Shown here: in pieces, positions 1 to 9,246 of the stretch
Numbering within the stretch: position 1 is the first letter of the stretch
Layout of the letters: every line of letters begins with the position of its first letter
Assembly: GCA_039028335.1 (NCBI GenBank)
Contig: JBCCIF010000001.1
Location: 33,090-97,089, forward strand
Origin: Bacteroidota bacterium
Lineage (GTDB): Bacteria; Bacteroidota; Bacteroidia; Flavobacteriales_D; JABDKJ01
Direction: 5' to 3'
DNA length: 64,000 bases
The notes under the pieces: generated by a model
Database searches by the model: none
The model's input: the letters and a program-made list of their open reading frames with translations, nothing else
Told to the model about the DNA's origin: nothing
Program-made: the position numbers and the translations under genes

Positions 1-1914
1 TGTAATCAAGTTATTGGGTGACCAAAATAGGCTTGGAGAACTTTCTAGATCAAAGCTGCCTGTTCCATCATTGAGCAGGAGACTAACTCCCTCATAGAGT
101 ATATCGATATGCCCATCATAATTGAAGTCATTCAAAACGAAGGCTTTGACGTCCGTATTTTGCAAAATGATTTCCGCTTCTTCAAATTCTCCATTCCCAT
201 TTGCCGGATACCATACTAAACCATGTGTGCCAAAAGAACATGAAACAATGTCTATCAGGCCGTCTTCATTTAAATCAGCAAGCCCTACTTGTCTAGTCTG
301 AAAAGAGTCCTCTGAAAGAATGGACCCGTTGTCAAAGTTTTGATTCCCGTCATTCTTAAACCAAAGCACTTCTCCATCATCAAAAGCGGCAATACAAATA
401 TCCATATCTCCATCACCATCTAAATCGTTCACAACAAAATTGTATGGATAATCTGCATCGTCTGTTAGGGTTTGCATAGATGAAAAATTTCCGTTTCCAT
501 CGTTTTCTTGCCAAGCCACATGATTATCGGAAGAGCTTCCTGTAATGATGTCCAAATCTCCATCACCATCGAGATCTGCCAATTCTATATGCCGATATCC
601 TTGGTTCTCTTCAACGGACGTTATATGTCCTTCGCTGAATGCAGCAGATCCATTATTTTCATACCAGATTACAAGATCATTATGCAGCGTAGCACAAACA
701 AAATCGATGTCTCCATCACCATCAATGTCTCCAGTATCAGAAGCATGAACCCCATCAGGATCTTGAGGATTGAAATGGATCGCTGAACCAAAATTTGCAT
801 CTCCGCTATTTTCGAATCGCGTTAGAAAGTCTTCCCATCCTAGACCGTGCGAAGCAACCACAATATCCAGATTCCCATTTCCAGTTATATCGCCACTTGA
901 TATTTTTTCTAATCCAATGAGCTCTTCATCAATAAAACTCAAAGGAGCATATGAGCCCGAACCCAAATTCTCCAAATACTTGATATCTGTTGCTAGAATC
1001 ACGAAGTCAATATCTCCATCATTGTCAAAGTCTCCAGGTTCGATGTCTTTGATATTGTTGAAGCCTTCTTGAATAGGAATTGGAATTGAAAAAGAGCCCA
1101 ATCCATCGTTTTCATACCATAGTAAAGTTCCTGGATTAACGAATTGCCCCGTGAAAATATCCAGGTCTCCGTCATTATCCATATCGAACAACTCAATAGT
1201 ATGTCCTAAAGAAAAATCAGTTTGAGTAGTGTCTCGCTGGCCAAATGTTCCATTTCCGTTATTCGGAAGGAATATAAAAATGTCTTCCAACGTATTGTTC
1301 AGAAAAAGATCGGCATGGCCATCTCCGTTCAAGTCTGCCGACTCAACCAATGCGATGTGTTCTTCAAAATCCGTGAACTGCTCTAAAAGCGAAAAGCTAC
1401 CTGTTCCATTATTGATAAATGTCTCTAGACTTGAAGAAGAAGAAAAGACGCTAAAGACCATTAAATCCAAATCGTCATCGCTGTCAATATCTTGAATCTT
1501 TATACTGCTTATTGAAGAATAGAATGATTCAATGACTTGCTCCGGGCCAAATTCTCCTCCACCCAAGTTTTCCATCCAAAAGACACCGTCTAAATCGGAT
1601 GATGTACTAATCAAATCTATCTTTCCATCAGCATTTAGATCTTCAAAATAGAGCTGACTAGAGCTCCGGGCTGCATAGGAGATAATTTGCATTTCGGCAA
1701 ATTGACCATTCCCAACATTTTCAAAAAAGGACACTTTTCCATCACCAATTGAAGTGCAGAAGACATCCTGATCTCCATCATCATCAATATCCACAACTTC
1801 AGCTGTCTCTGGATAATTTATGGATTTAGAAATATCTATTTCTTCAGAGAAATGTTGCCCGATGACCACATGGGATAAGCCAAGAAAAAAGAGTACCGCA
1901 AAATGTTTATACAT
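1..1914 (-). CDS. FG-GAP/VCBS repeat-containing secreted protein (N-terminal 638 codons; 3' end lies beyond window start)
   Basis: My own minus-strand translation from the ATG at 1914-1912 gives MYKHFAVLFFLGLSHVVIGQHF (signal-peptide-like). The frame then stays open to position 1. It holds about 12 repeats ending in Ca-binding-like D-x-D/N-x-DG-x-x-D motifs (DIDDDGDQDVF, DLNADGKIDLI, DMDNDGDLDIF, DIDGDGDIDFV, DLDGDGDLDII, DLDGDGDMDIC), each preceded by W/F-x-EN-x-G-x-G-x-F. Not in the ORF track because no stop falls inside the window. Confidence 0.8.
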   Translation of the reverse strand, partial: MYKHFAVLFFLGLSHVVIGQHFSEEIDISKSINYPETAEVVDIDDDGDQDVFCTSIGDGKVSFFENVGNGQFAEMQIISYAARSSSQLYFEDLNADGKIDLISTSSDLDGVFWMENLGGGEFGPEQVIESFYSSISSIKIQDIDSDDDLDLMVFSVFSSSSSLETFINNGTGSFSLLEQFTDFEEHIALVESADLNGDGHADLFLNNTLEDIFIFLPNNGNGTFGQRDTTQTDFSLGHTIELFDMDNDGDLDIFTGQFVNPGTLLWYENDGLGSFSIPIPIQEGFNNIKDIEPGDFDNDGDIDFVILATDIKYLENLGSGSYAPLSFIDEELIGLEKISSGDITGNGNLDIVVASHGLGWEDFLTRFENSGDANFGSAIHFNPQDPDGVHASDTGDIDGDGDIDFVCATLHNDLVIWYENNGSAAFSEGHITSVEENQGYRHIELADLDGDGDLDIITGSSSDNHVAWQENDGNGNFSSMQTLTDDADYPYNFVVNDLDGDGDMDICIAAFDDGEVLWFKNDGNQNFDNGSILSEDSFQTRQVGLADLNEDGLIDIVSCSFGTHGLVWYPANGNGEFEEAEIILQNTDVKAFVLNDFNYDGHIDILYEGVSLLLNDGTGSFDLESSPSLFWSPNNLIT

Positions 1915-1927
1915 GTTCTAAATATAA

Positions 1928-4816
1928 CTAAACCACAACGTTCACAATCTTATTTGGCACCACAATCACTTTCTTAGGGTCTTTACCGTCTAAGTACTGG
2001 GCGGTTTTTTCAAATGCCATCACTTCTTTTTCTATGTCTTCTTTAGAAAGCCCCATTGGCAACTCTAATTTAAAGCGCATTTTTCCATTAAAAGAGATGG
2101 GGTAAGCATACGAATCTTCTGTCAAATACTCTTCGTTAAATGCTGGCCAAGTAGCGTTGACGATATAGCCATCTTGCCCCAACACCTTCCACATCTCTTC
2201 AGCTATATGGGGAGCATAAGGTGAAATAAGAATCGCAAAAGTCTTAAAGATCTCTTTGTTTTTTGATTTGACCGCATTCAATTCATTCAAAGCAATCATA
2301 AATGCTGAAACAACTGTATTGAAGGAATGCCGATCGATATCTTCGGTGGCTTTTTTAATGAGCGTGTGTATAGCTTTTAGCTCTTTCTTGTTCGCAGCAC
2401 TTTCATCTGTCGCCTCTGTACATGCTTTGAATAGTTTCTTTAAGAATCCATGAACACCGGTGATCCCATTGGTATCCCAGGGTTTATGTTGCTCCAAGGG
2501 GCCTAGAAACATTTCGTAAAGGCGCAATGTGTCTGCGCCATAGTGGTCACATATTTCAACGGGATCAACGGTATTGTGATAACGTTTACCCATTTTTCCT
2601 TGCTCAGATTTAGTGACCAACCATGAACTCTCTCCTCCCTTAGATTCAAAATTTCCATCTCTCAGCACACCTTGTCCGCACTCAAATGTTGCATGTTCAA
2701 ATTCCGGCATCCATTTCGAAAACTGTTGCAGGGCTTCTTGCGTCAAATACGAGTTGGCTTGTCCATACTCAGAAACGATATCTGTTCGCACAGCTATTTT
2801 CACAAAATTCTCTAAGCCTTCTTTTTCCGCTAAATCTTTACACATAAAATGTGCTTGGCCATTTGTTTTCTCCTTGCGCATGAGGATGTATTCGATGACA
2901 CCACCAATCATTCCTTGATTGATCATTTTCTGAAAAGGTTCATTGACGTGAATAAAGCCTAAGTCATATAAGATCTTCACCCAAAACCGACTGTATAAAA
3001 GGTGACCTGTCCCATGTTCTGCACCTCCCAAATACAAATCGACATTGCCCCAATACTTCATTTTCTCTGGATCACAAAAAGCTTCCGAATTAGAGGGGTC
3101 CATATAGCGCAGCCAGTACCAGCATGAACCTGCCCAGCCCGGCATGGTATTGCATTCCATGCGATCGCCTTTGAAGATGGGCCAATCATCTTTGTGTGCT
3201 CTTCCTAATGGAGGATCTCCATCTTCGGTGGGTAAATATTTGTCAACAGATGGCAATGTCAACGGCAGTTCCTCATCAGACAAGAGTCGAGGCAGCTCAT
3301 TTTCAAAATAAACGGGAAAGGGCTCGCCCCAATAGCGCTGTCTGCTGAATATTGCATCGCGCATTCTGTAGTTAACCTTTCCATTCCCAAAACCTTGTCC
3401 TTCAATTTCTTCGATGCTTTTCTTAATGGCCTCATGCCCGGTAAGCCCAGCCAAGAAACTACCTTCCAATACTCGAGCATCTTTTGTGGGATTCGCAGAT
3501 TCACTTATGTCAACATCTTCGAATACGGGAGGGATAGCTAAGTTGAAGTGTTTCGCAAAATCATAGTCCCGTTGATCTCCACTTGGCACGGCCATTACAG
3601 CGCCAGTTCCATATCCCATGAGCACGTATTCCGAAATCCAAATAGGAACTTTTTCTCCAGAGAAAGGATGAATTGCATAGGCACCTGTAAAGGCACCAGA
3701 TATGGTTTTGGCATTAGCTTGCCTATCGCGTTCAGATTTATTTTTTACTGCCTCCACATAGCGATTGACTTCATCTTTTTGATCTGAAGTTGTGATTGTT
3801 TCAACCAGGGGATGCTCTGGCGCAAGCGTCATGAATGATACGCCAAAAATGGTATCGGGACGGGTCGTAAACACCTCAATATTTTCAGCATGGTTTTCGA
3901 GTTCAAAACGAATCATAGCTCCATCAGAGCGCCCTATCCAATTTCTTTGAACTTCTTTGATAGAATCGCTCCAATCTAGTCCTTCAAGGTCATCCAACAA
4001 ACGCTGTGCATAAGCCGATATACGCATGCTCCATTGACGCATGAGTTTTTTAACCACAGGATAACCCCCTCTTTCTGATACACCATCCTTGACTTCGTCA
4101 TTGGCGAGCACAGTTCCCAGCTCTGGGCACCAATTTACCCAGGTATCACTCAAATAAGTGAGCCTAAAATGAGAAAGGATCTTTTCGCGTTGAATAGCAT
4201 TCATAGAAGCCCAATCCGTGGCAGTGAATTCGCCTGCGAAATGTTCTCCAAAAGGAAAATTGTCAAGATTTAATTCTTTGAACCAATCTTCCTCAATACC
4301 TGCTTCTACATTGTAGGTTCCATTATTTTCGAACTTTTCAATTAAAGTTGAAATTGGTTCAGCTTTGTCCGTGTCTTTGTTATACCAAGAATTATAGATC
4401 TGCTTGAAGATCCACTGGGTCCATTTGTAGTAGTTGGGGTCTGAAGTTTGCACCTCTCTATTCCAATCATAATTGAAACCAATTCGCTTTAGCTGTTCTT
4501 TATAACGTTTTATGTTGGTAGCAGTAGTTATTGCCGGATGCTGTCCGGTTTGTATGGCGTATTGTTCTGCCGGAAGCCCAAAAGAGTCAAAACCCATTGG
4601 GTGGAGCACATTGAATCCTCTCAATTTTTTATAGCGGGCAACAATATCAGATGCGATATAACCCAAGGGATGTCCTACATGCAGTCCGGCACCAGAAGGG
4701 TAGGGGAACATGTCCAAGACATAAAATTTTTCTTTGTCGTTTTCTTCAACTTTATAGACCTCGTCTTGGGCCCATTGTGCTTGCCATTTGGCTTCTATTT
4801 CTTTGAAATTGTACAA
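1928..4816 (-). CDS. leuS: leucyl-tRNA synthetase
   Basis: 962-aa ORF with the canonical LeuRS N-terminus MYNFKEIEAKWQ and the HIGH-type motif HVGHPLGY. TTG is the only start codon between the in-frame stop at 4853-4855 and the conserved N-terminus. Confidence 0.97.
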   Translation of the reverse strand: MYNFKEIEAKWQAQWAQDEVYKVEENDKEKFYVLDMFPYPSGAGLHVGHPLGYIASDIVARYKKLRGFNVLHPMGFDSFGLPAEQYAIQTGQHPAITTATNIKRYKEQLKRIGFNYDWNREVQTSDPNYYKWTQWIFKQIYNSWYNKDTDKAEPISTLIEKFENNGTYNVEAGIEEDWFKELNLDNFPFGEHFAGEFTATDWASMNAIQREKILSHFRLTYLSDTWVNWCPELGTVLANDEVKDGVSERGGYPVVKKLMRQWSMRISAYAQRLLDDLEGLDWSDSIKEVQRNWIGRSDGAMIRFELENHAENIEVFTTRPDTIFGVSFMTLAPEHPLVETITTSDQKDEVNRYVEAVKNKSERDRQANAKTISGAFTGAYAIHPFSGEKVPIWISEYVLMGYGTGAVMAVPSGDQRDYDFAKHFNLAIPPVFEDVDISESANPTKDARVLEGSFLAGLTGHEAIKKSIEEIEGQGFGNGKVNYRMRDAIFSRQRYWGEPFPVYFENELPRLLSDEELPLTLPSVDKYLPTEDGDPPLGRAHKDDWPIFKGDRMECNTMPGWAGSCWYWLRYMDPSNSEAFCDPEKMKYWGNVDLYLGGAEHGTGHLLYSRFWVKILYDLGFIHVNEPFQKMINQGMIGGVIEYILMRKEKTNGQAHFMCKDLAEKEGLENFVKIAVRTDIVSEYGQANSYLTQEALQQFSKWMPEFEHATFECGQGVLRDGNFESKGGESSWLVTKSEQGKMGKRYHNTVDPVEICDHYGADTLRLYEMFLGPLEQHKPWDTNGITGVHGFLKKLFKACTEATDESAANKKELKAIHTLIKKATEDIDRHSFNTVVSAFMIALNELNAVKSKNKEIFKTFAILISPYAPHIAEEMWKVLGQDGYIVNATWPAFNEEYLTEDSYAYPISFNGKMRFKLELPMGLSKEDIEKEVMAFEKTAQYLDGKDPKKVIVVPNKIVNVVV

Positions 4817-4833
4817 GGCGATAGAAATTTGCG

Positions 4834-4841
4834 CAAATGTA
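4834..4841 (-). promoter_or_regulatory. Bacteroidota-type -7 promoter element TACATTTG upstream of leuS
   Basis: Minus-strand TACATTTG matches the TAnnTTTG consensus, 17 nt upstream of the TTG start. It sits inside the 12-nt palindrome ATTTGCGCAAAT (4827-4838). Confidence 0.4.
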
Positions 4842-4892
4842 GTGCTTTTGCTTCAGTTGCAAGACTGCAATCACATCCTTAAATATGCCAGT

Positions 4893-5708
4893 CTATTTAT
4901 TCGTGTAGGGCTTTTTAGAAAAAGGCAATTTGAGCAGATCACCTAAATGGGACTCACTCTTGTCGAAAACATCCAGGCCAAAAACCAATTGATCATGTGG
5001 CACATAGGCATACGTGCCAAAAATGCGGTCCCAAATGCCAAAAATATTCCCGTAGTTTTTGTCCGTCAAAGGCTGTTCAAAATGGTGATGAATACGGTGC
5101 ATTCCAGGCGTAATAATGACATAACTCAATAGTTTGTCCAATTTGGGATTCATCCGAATATTGGAGTGATTGAACTGGGAAAGCAAAGCGGATAAACTTT
5201 GATACAGCATTAATAACCAAATGGGTGCTCCGACCAACACTACTGCGAGCATAGTAAAGGCAGCCCGAAAAACACTTTCTCCTGGGTGATGTCTTAAAGC
5301 TGTTGTGGCGTCTACTTTGGTGTCGCTGTGATGAATCACATGAAATTTCCACATCCAGGGAATTTGGTGTTCAACCCAATGGACCAAATAGGCACCGATT
5401 AAATCCATAAAAAGCAATCCCATAATCAAGCTTAACCAAAAGGGCATTGGAAGCCAATTCACCAATCCAAAATCATTGGCAGTAACCCAATCGGAGCTTT
5501 TGATAATGACAAAGGCGAAACCCAAATTGATGATTGCAGTGGTCAAGGTAAAAAAGAGATTGGGTAAAGCGTGTTTCCATTTATTGTACTTGAATCGAAC
5601 AATAGGAACAAGCCCTTCAATAACCCAAAACAAAAACAAACCCCCAACAAGGATGATAGTCCGATGACTCGAAGGAATGTTTTCGAAATATGTCGTCAAT
5701 TCATTCAC
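4893..5708 (-). CDS. fatty acid hydroxylase / sterol desaturase family membrane protein
   Basis: 271-aa ORF with hydrophobic N-terminal segments. His boxes HWVEH, HVIHH and HRIHHH are typical of the di-iron fatty-acid hydroxylase superfamily. Confidence 0.85.
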   Translation of the reverse strand: MNELTTYFENIPSSHRTIILVGGLFLFWVIEGLVPIVRFKYNKWKHALPNLFFTLTTAIINLGFAFVIIKSSDWVTANDFGLVNWLPMPFWLSLIMGLLFMDLIGAYLVHWVEHQIPWMWKFHVIHHSDTKVDATTALRHHPGESVFRAAFTMLAVVLVGAPIWLLMLYQSLSALLSQFNHSNIRMNPKLDKLLSYVIITPGMHRIHHHFEQPLTDKNYGNIFGIWDRIFGTYAYVPHDQLVFGLDVFDKSESHLGDLLKLPFSKKPYTNK

Positions 5709-6036
5709 GTATGCTTTCTACATATTGAGCTACTGCTTCAATTTCGGCTTTATTCAACATTTCACCAAATGGCGTCATGATCTTGCCCGGGTTTTCACGT
5801 TTGCCTTCTTTAATGATTCTGAGCACATCTTCGTGGCTCATTGCGGAAAGGGTCAAGTCCCCAGCTCCTGCAAAACCTTTTTTACCATCTGTTCCGTGAC
5901 AAAGTACACAGTGTTTTGCATACAATTCTTCCCCGCTTTTTACAGGTTCTTTTGCAATCGCTGCACCCGAATCAGATCCACATGCATGGAGAATTACAAA
6001 AAGAACAAATAAGTTTATGCTATGACTGGGCTTCAC
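5701..6036 (-). CDS. monohaem c-type cytochrome (class I), lipoprotein
   Basis: 111-aa ORF with a lipoprotein-type signal (LFVILHAC), a single CVLCH haem-binding motif and a distal Met in GKIMTPFG. Overlaps the downstream hydroxylase gene by 8 nt. Confidence 0.8.
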   Translation of the reverse strand: MKPSHSINLFVLFVILHACGSDSGAAIAKEPVKSGEELYAKHCVLCHGTDGKKGFAGAGDLTLSAMSHEDVLRIIKEGKRENPGKIMTPFGEMLNKAEIEAVAQYVESIRE

Positions 6037-6379
6037 GATTTTTTCTTGCTTGAATAAAGCTTCTTATAAATGCAACTATGGCAAGTACTGCAGTCAAGAG
6101 CATTATACCGACTCTTGTGGAAGCCATATTATCTCCACGGCCAATAGCACCTTTGAGTGCCATGCCCAGTGCAATGACGATAATGAGGGTTAATAGGACG
6201 GCAATATGTGCAATCACTTTATTCTCTTTTTTAACGCCATTATTCAAAGCCAATAAAACGATTCCAAAACCTACGGGAATAAAGGCTGTTGGTGAAGGTG
6301 TTTCGCTTCCAAAGTAACCCCAAAGGCCGAGGGCGATCATGGCAATTGCATTGATTAAACTTGCTACATGTGCTTTCAT
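6020..6379 (-). CDS. small integral membrane protein (about 4 TM), unknown function
   Basis: Hydrophobic ORF. I prefer the internal ATG at 6379 (MKAHVASLINAIAMIALGLWGYF), because the 34-codon upstream extension in the track overlaps the 3' end of trpS and is not hydrophobic. The 3' end overlaps the cytochrome c start by 17 nt. Confidence 0.6.
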   Translation of the reverse strand: MKAHVASLINAIAMIALGLWGYFGSETPSPTAFIPVGFGIVLLALNNGVKKENKVIAHIAVLLTLIIVIALGMALKGAIGRGDNMASTRVGIMLLTAVLAIVAFIRSFIQARKNREAQS

Positions 6380-6413
6380 ATTCTTTCTATTCGAATTCGT
6401 GTAAATATAACAT

Positions 6414-7385
6414 TCAATAACCCACTGCTGTTCGCACGCGGGCCAAAACTTTTTGTGCGACTTTTCTTGCTTTTTCCGCACCTACCGAAAGGGCTTCATC
6501 AAGTTCGGCCTTATTGTTCATAAAGTGCTGATAGCGTTCTCTTTCTTCTGCAAATCTGTCGATAATACATGCGTGAAAATCTGCTTTGGTATGCCCCCAT
6601 CCGTATCCACCGGCTGCCAATTTGCTTTTCATTTCTTGGCTTTGTTCATCAGAAGCAATCAATTGATAAACTTTATAAATGGTAGCATTCTCTGCATCTT
6701 TTGGATCTTCTAAAGGCGTATCGTCTGTGATGAACTTCTTATTGATCTCTTTTTTTAAGGGCTTTTCATCCATGAAAATATTGATGGTATTTCCTCTGGA
6801 TTTACTCATTTTATTACCGTCCGTCCCCAACACGTACATGGTCGATTCTTGGGTCTTGGCTTCAGGGGGCACCAAAATCTCTCCCATTTTGTGATTGATC
6901 CGATTGGCCACATCTCTGGCCATTTCCAAATGTTGCAATTGATCTTTGCCAACGGGAACAAATTCCGCATCATAAAGGAGAATATCGGCAGCCATTAACA
7001 TGGGATAGCTAAATAAACCTGCATTTACATCTTCCAAGCGGTCGGCTTTGTCCTTAAATGAATGAGCCAGTGTCAGCCGATTGTAAGGAAAAAAACAAGA
7101 GAGGTACCATGCCAGTTCACTTACTTCGGGCACATCGCTTTGGCGATAGAATGTGCTTTTCTCAATATCCAAACCGCAGGCCAGCCAAGTAGCAGCAACC
7201 GAATAGGTGCTTTCGCGCAGATAGTCGGCATCTTTGATTTGGGTCAAAGAATGCATGTCGGCTATAAATAAAAACGAGTCGTTTTCGGGGGCTTTGGCCA
7301 TTTCAATAGCAGGTAAAATAGCCCCCAGGATATTCCCCAAATGGGGTGTTCCAGTGCTTTGTATTCCGGTAAGGATTCTAGCCAT
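6414..7385 (-). CDS. trpS: tryptophanyl-tRNA synthetase
   Basis: 323-aa ORF with the class-I motifs TGTPHLGN and KMSKS. Confidence 0.95.
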   Translation of the reverse strand: MARILTGIQSTGTPHLGNILGAILPAIEMAKAPENDSFLFIADMHSLTQIKDADYLRESTYSVAATWLACGLDIEKSTFYRQSDVPEVSELAWYLSCFFPYNRLTLAHSFKDKADRLEDVNAGLFSYPMLMAADILLYDAEFVPVGKDQLQHLEMARDVANRINHKMGEILVPPEAKTQESTMYVLGTDGNKMSKSRGNTINIFMDEKPLKKEINKKFITDDTPLEDPKDAENATIYKVYQLIASDEQSQEMKSKLAAGGYGWGHTKADFHACIIDRFAEERERYQHFMNNKAELDEALSVGAEKARKVAQKVLARVRTAVGY

Positions 7386-7492
7386 CCAAGTTCATTTGGG
7401 GCGAATTTATAGAAATACCATTCATCACTCTTGGAGAATGATTTATTTTTTTATTCGTTTATTAGACGCAGCTATCGCAAAATGCGCTGTGT

Positions 7493-8311
7493 ATGAACGA
7501 GCGTAAATGGATCACATATCTCCTGGCACCCTTTCGATTTCTCTATAAAATCTACTTCGGGTTGATCTTTATATTGACGATGTTATTGCTCTATCCTATT
7601 ATTTATCCGCTAGCGATTAAAAAGGAAAGACATCCAGCACTCTTCAAAGCAAAATTGTTTTGGAGCAAATTGCTTTGTTTACTGACTGGAGCGATTTTTT
7701 ATGTAAAGGGCAGAGAAAAAGTTCCCGAAGGTCCTTTCGTGATTGTGGCTAATCATCAGAGTTATACCGATATCGTGTATATGTATCGCGTGATCAAAAC
7801 CCATTATAAATTCATGGCCAAAGCCGAATTATCTTCCTGGCCTTTATTTGGAATTTTCTTCAAGATGAAAAGCGATATAGCCGTACACAGGCGGAATAAA
7901 CAATTGGCGGGTCAAGCTTTGGTAGAAGCCGATCAAAGTATCAAAGAAGGTATTTCAATTGCTTTTTTTGCAGAGGGAACCATCCCAATGAATACTCCTC
8001 AATTGGGTGCTTTCAAAAATGGCGCCTTCAAGATTGCCATTGAAAATCAGGTCCCCATTGTTCCCATTACTTTTTTGTCGAATTGGAGAAGAATGGGAGA
8101 GCCCATGGTGTTTACTTCCAAAGGAAGTCCAGGTCTTTGCCGTGCTGTTATCCATGATGCGATTCCGACAAAAGGATTGATGATGGATGAAATGACCGAA
8201 TTGCGGGAAAAGACGAGAGACGTTATTCAAAAACCTCTTATTGAAAGGGGCTATTCCAGTCCGAAAATTAAAAGAGATGAATTGGAAGAGTGGGTGAAGA
8301 CAAAAAGCTAA
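7493..8311 (+). CDS. 1-acyl-sn-glycerol-3-phosphate (lysophospholipid) acyltransferase family
   Basis: 272-aa ORF with an N-terminal TM segment and the acyltransferase motifs NHQSYTDI (HX4D) and FAEGT. Confidence 0.85.
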   Translation: MNERKWITYLLAPFRFLYKIYFGLIFILTMLLLYPIIYPLAIKKERHPALFKAKLFWSKLLCLLTGAIFYVKGREKVPEGPFVIVANHQSYTDIVYMYRVIKTHYKFMAKAELSSWPLFGIFFKMKSDIAVHRRNKQLAGQALVEADQSIKEGISIAFFAEGTIPMNTPQLGAFKNGAFKIAIENQVPIVPITFLSNWRRMGEPMVFTSKGSPGLCRAVIHDAIPTKGLMMDEMTELREKTRDVIQKPLIERGYSSPKIKRDELEEWVKTKS

Positions 8312-8417
8312 ACTTTTCAATTTGCTTTAATGAACTAATCTATCATTTGTCGACAGTACTTTTATAATTTCAATTGTGTTTTATAAAATCAATATTTCAA
8401 ACACCAATTAAATTGCC

Positions 8418-8822
8418 ATGAATAATGGAATTGCTGGGTTGAGAAAGTTCTATGGAATAGGAAGGAATAGGTTCGGAAATAATTGGTCGATGAACTGGGG
8501 AGCTGTAAGAGCTCGTTGGGAAAAGTTAGGGTACGTGGCAGTAGAAGATATGCACCATTGGTTAATTAGTCAAGCTCTTATGAAACGGTACCTGTTTTTA
8601 AAGCCAATAGGTAATCAATCATGGAATTTAACTAGGTTTAGTTCACATGCTTCGCACAGGATTTGGGCTCATGGTGGTAATTATATGGGAACAAGTATTG
8701 GAGGAACAGAGTTTCTTTATCCATTTACGAGTACTCCGAATTGGTTTAATTTTGGATTGGTTCCTTACACTGCAGGTAGACTTACCAATTCTAATTCTTT
8801 TAGGCCCGAAGAACACGAATGA
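8418..8822 (+). CDS. hypothetical basic Trp-rich protein; possible HNH/EndoVII-fold (AHH-like) nuclease toxin domain
   Basis: 134-aa ATG ORF in an AT-rich islet. Pattern is H46-H47 (EDMHHWLISQ), N70 (WNLTRF), then H77, H80, H85 (SSHASHRIWAHGG), which resembles the HH...N...H...H ββα-Me motif arrangement. The function is inference only. Confidence 0.5.
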   Translation: MNNGIAGLRKFYGIGRNRFGNNWSMNWGAVRARWEKLGYVAVEDMHHWLISQALMKRYLFLKPIGNQSWNLTRFSSHASHRIWAHGGNYMGTSIGGTEFLYPFTSTPNWFNFGLVPYTAGRLTNSNSFRPEEHE

Positions 8823-8835
8823 GTAAATTTGATTA

Positions 8836-9246
8836 ATGAAAGTTAATGAATTAAACTTCCCCATAATTTTGATGAAAAGTGATGTTTCATACATTGGTGT
8901 ATGTCTGAGACGCTCAAGGTTCGGGTTAATTTCGAAAGGAAATGAAAAGTATTACAGCAGCGGAGTTGTGTATGATAGCCAAGGTGGAAGTTATGAATTG
9001 AAAGGCATAGAGAGAATTAAATCAGCCCCATTGCAACTTTCCCTTCTCCATTTACAAAAAATGTTGATCGCTGAACCAAATTTTAAATATAACAGTGACT
9101 TAGAATTAGATGAAATTAAGGAACTTGTGAAAGCACATATTATGAAAAACAGAAATTATTGGAAAAAATTTCGATCTGTTGAAGAATTTCTATCTAGTGT
9201 CGACTCATCGATGAATTTAGTTGAACTATATAGTATTTTAAGATGA
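8836..9246 (+). CDS. hypothetical protein; candidate cognate immunity/antitoxin partner
   Basis: 136-aa ATG ORF starting 13 nt after the stop of the previous ORF, on the same strand. I recognise no motif in it. The role is inferred only from the tight coupling. Confidence 0.5.
   Translation: MKVNELNFPIILMKSDVSYIGVCLRRSRFGLISKGNEKYYSSGVVYDSQGGSYELKGIERIKSAPLQLSLLHLQKMLIAEPNFKYNSDLELDEIKELVKAHIMKNRNYWKKFRSVEEFLSSVDSSMNLVELYSILR

Noticed and set aside
508-1495. Several 60-100-aa plus-strand ORFs (508-786, 545-748, 770-1072, 1229-1495)
   Set aside because: All lie antisense to the continuous 638-codon FG-GAP repeat frame on the minus strand. Their products are Ser/Pro/Ile-rich nonsense.
5677-6012. 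111-aa plus-strand ORF opposite the cytochrome c gene
   Set aside because: The minus-strand frame has a lipoprotein signal, a CxxCH haem motif and a distal Met. The plus-strand product has no features.
6380-6481. 34-codon N-terminal extension of the small membrane protein (track start 6481)
   Set aside because: It overlaps the last 68 nt of trpS, and its sequence (MRKKQEKSHKKFWPACEQQW...) is unlike the hydrophobic body. The internal ATG at 6379 gives a clean TM start.
7955-8320. 121-aa minus-strand ORF
   Set aside because: Antisense to the acyltransferase gene, which carries HX4D/FAEGT motifs.
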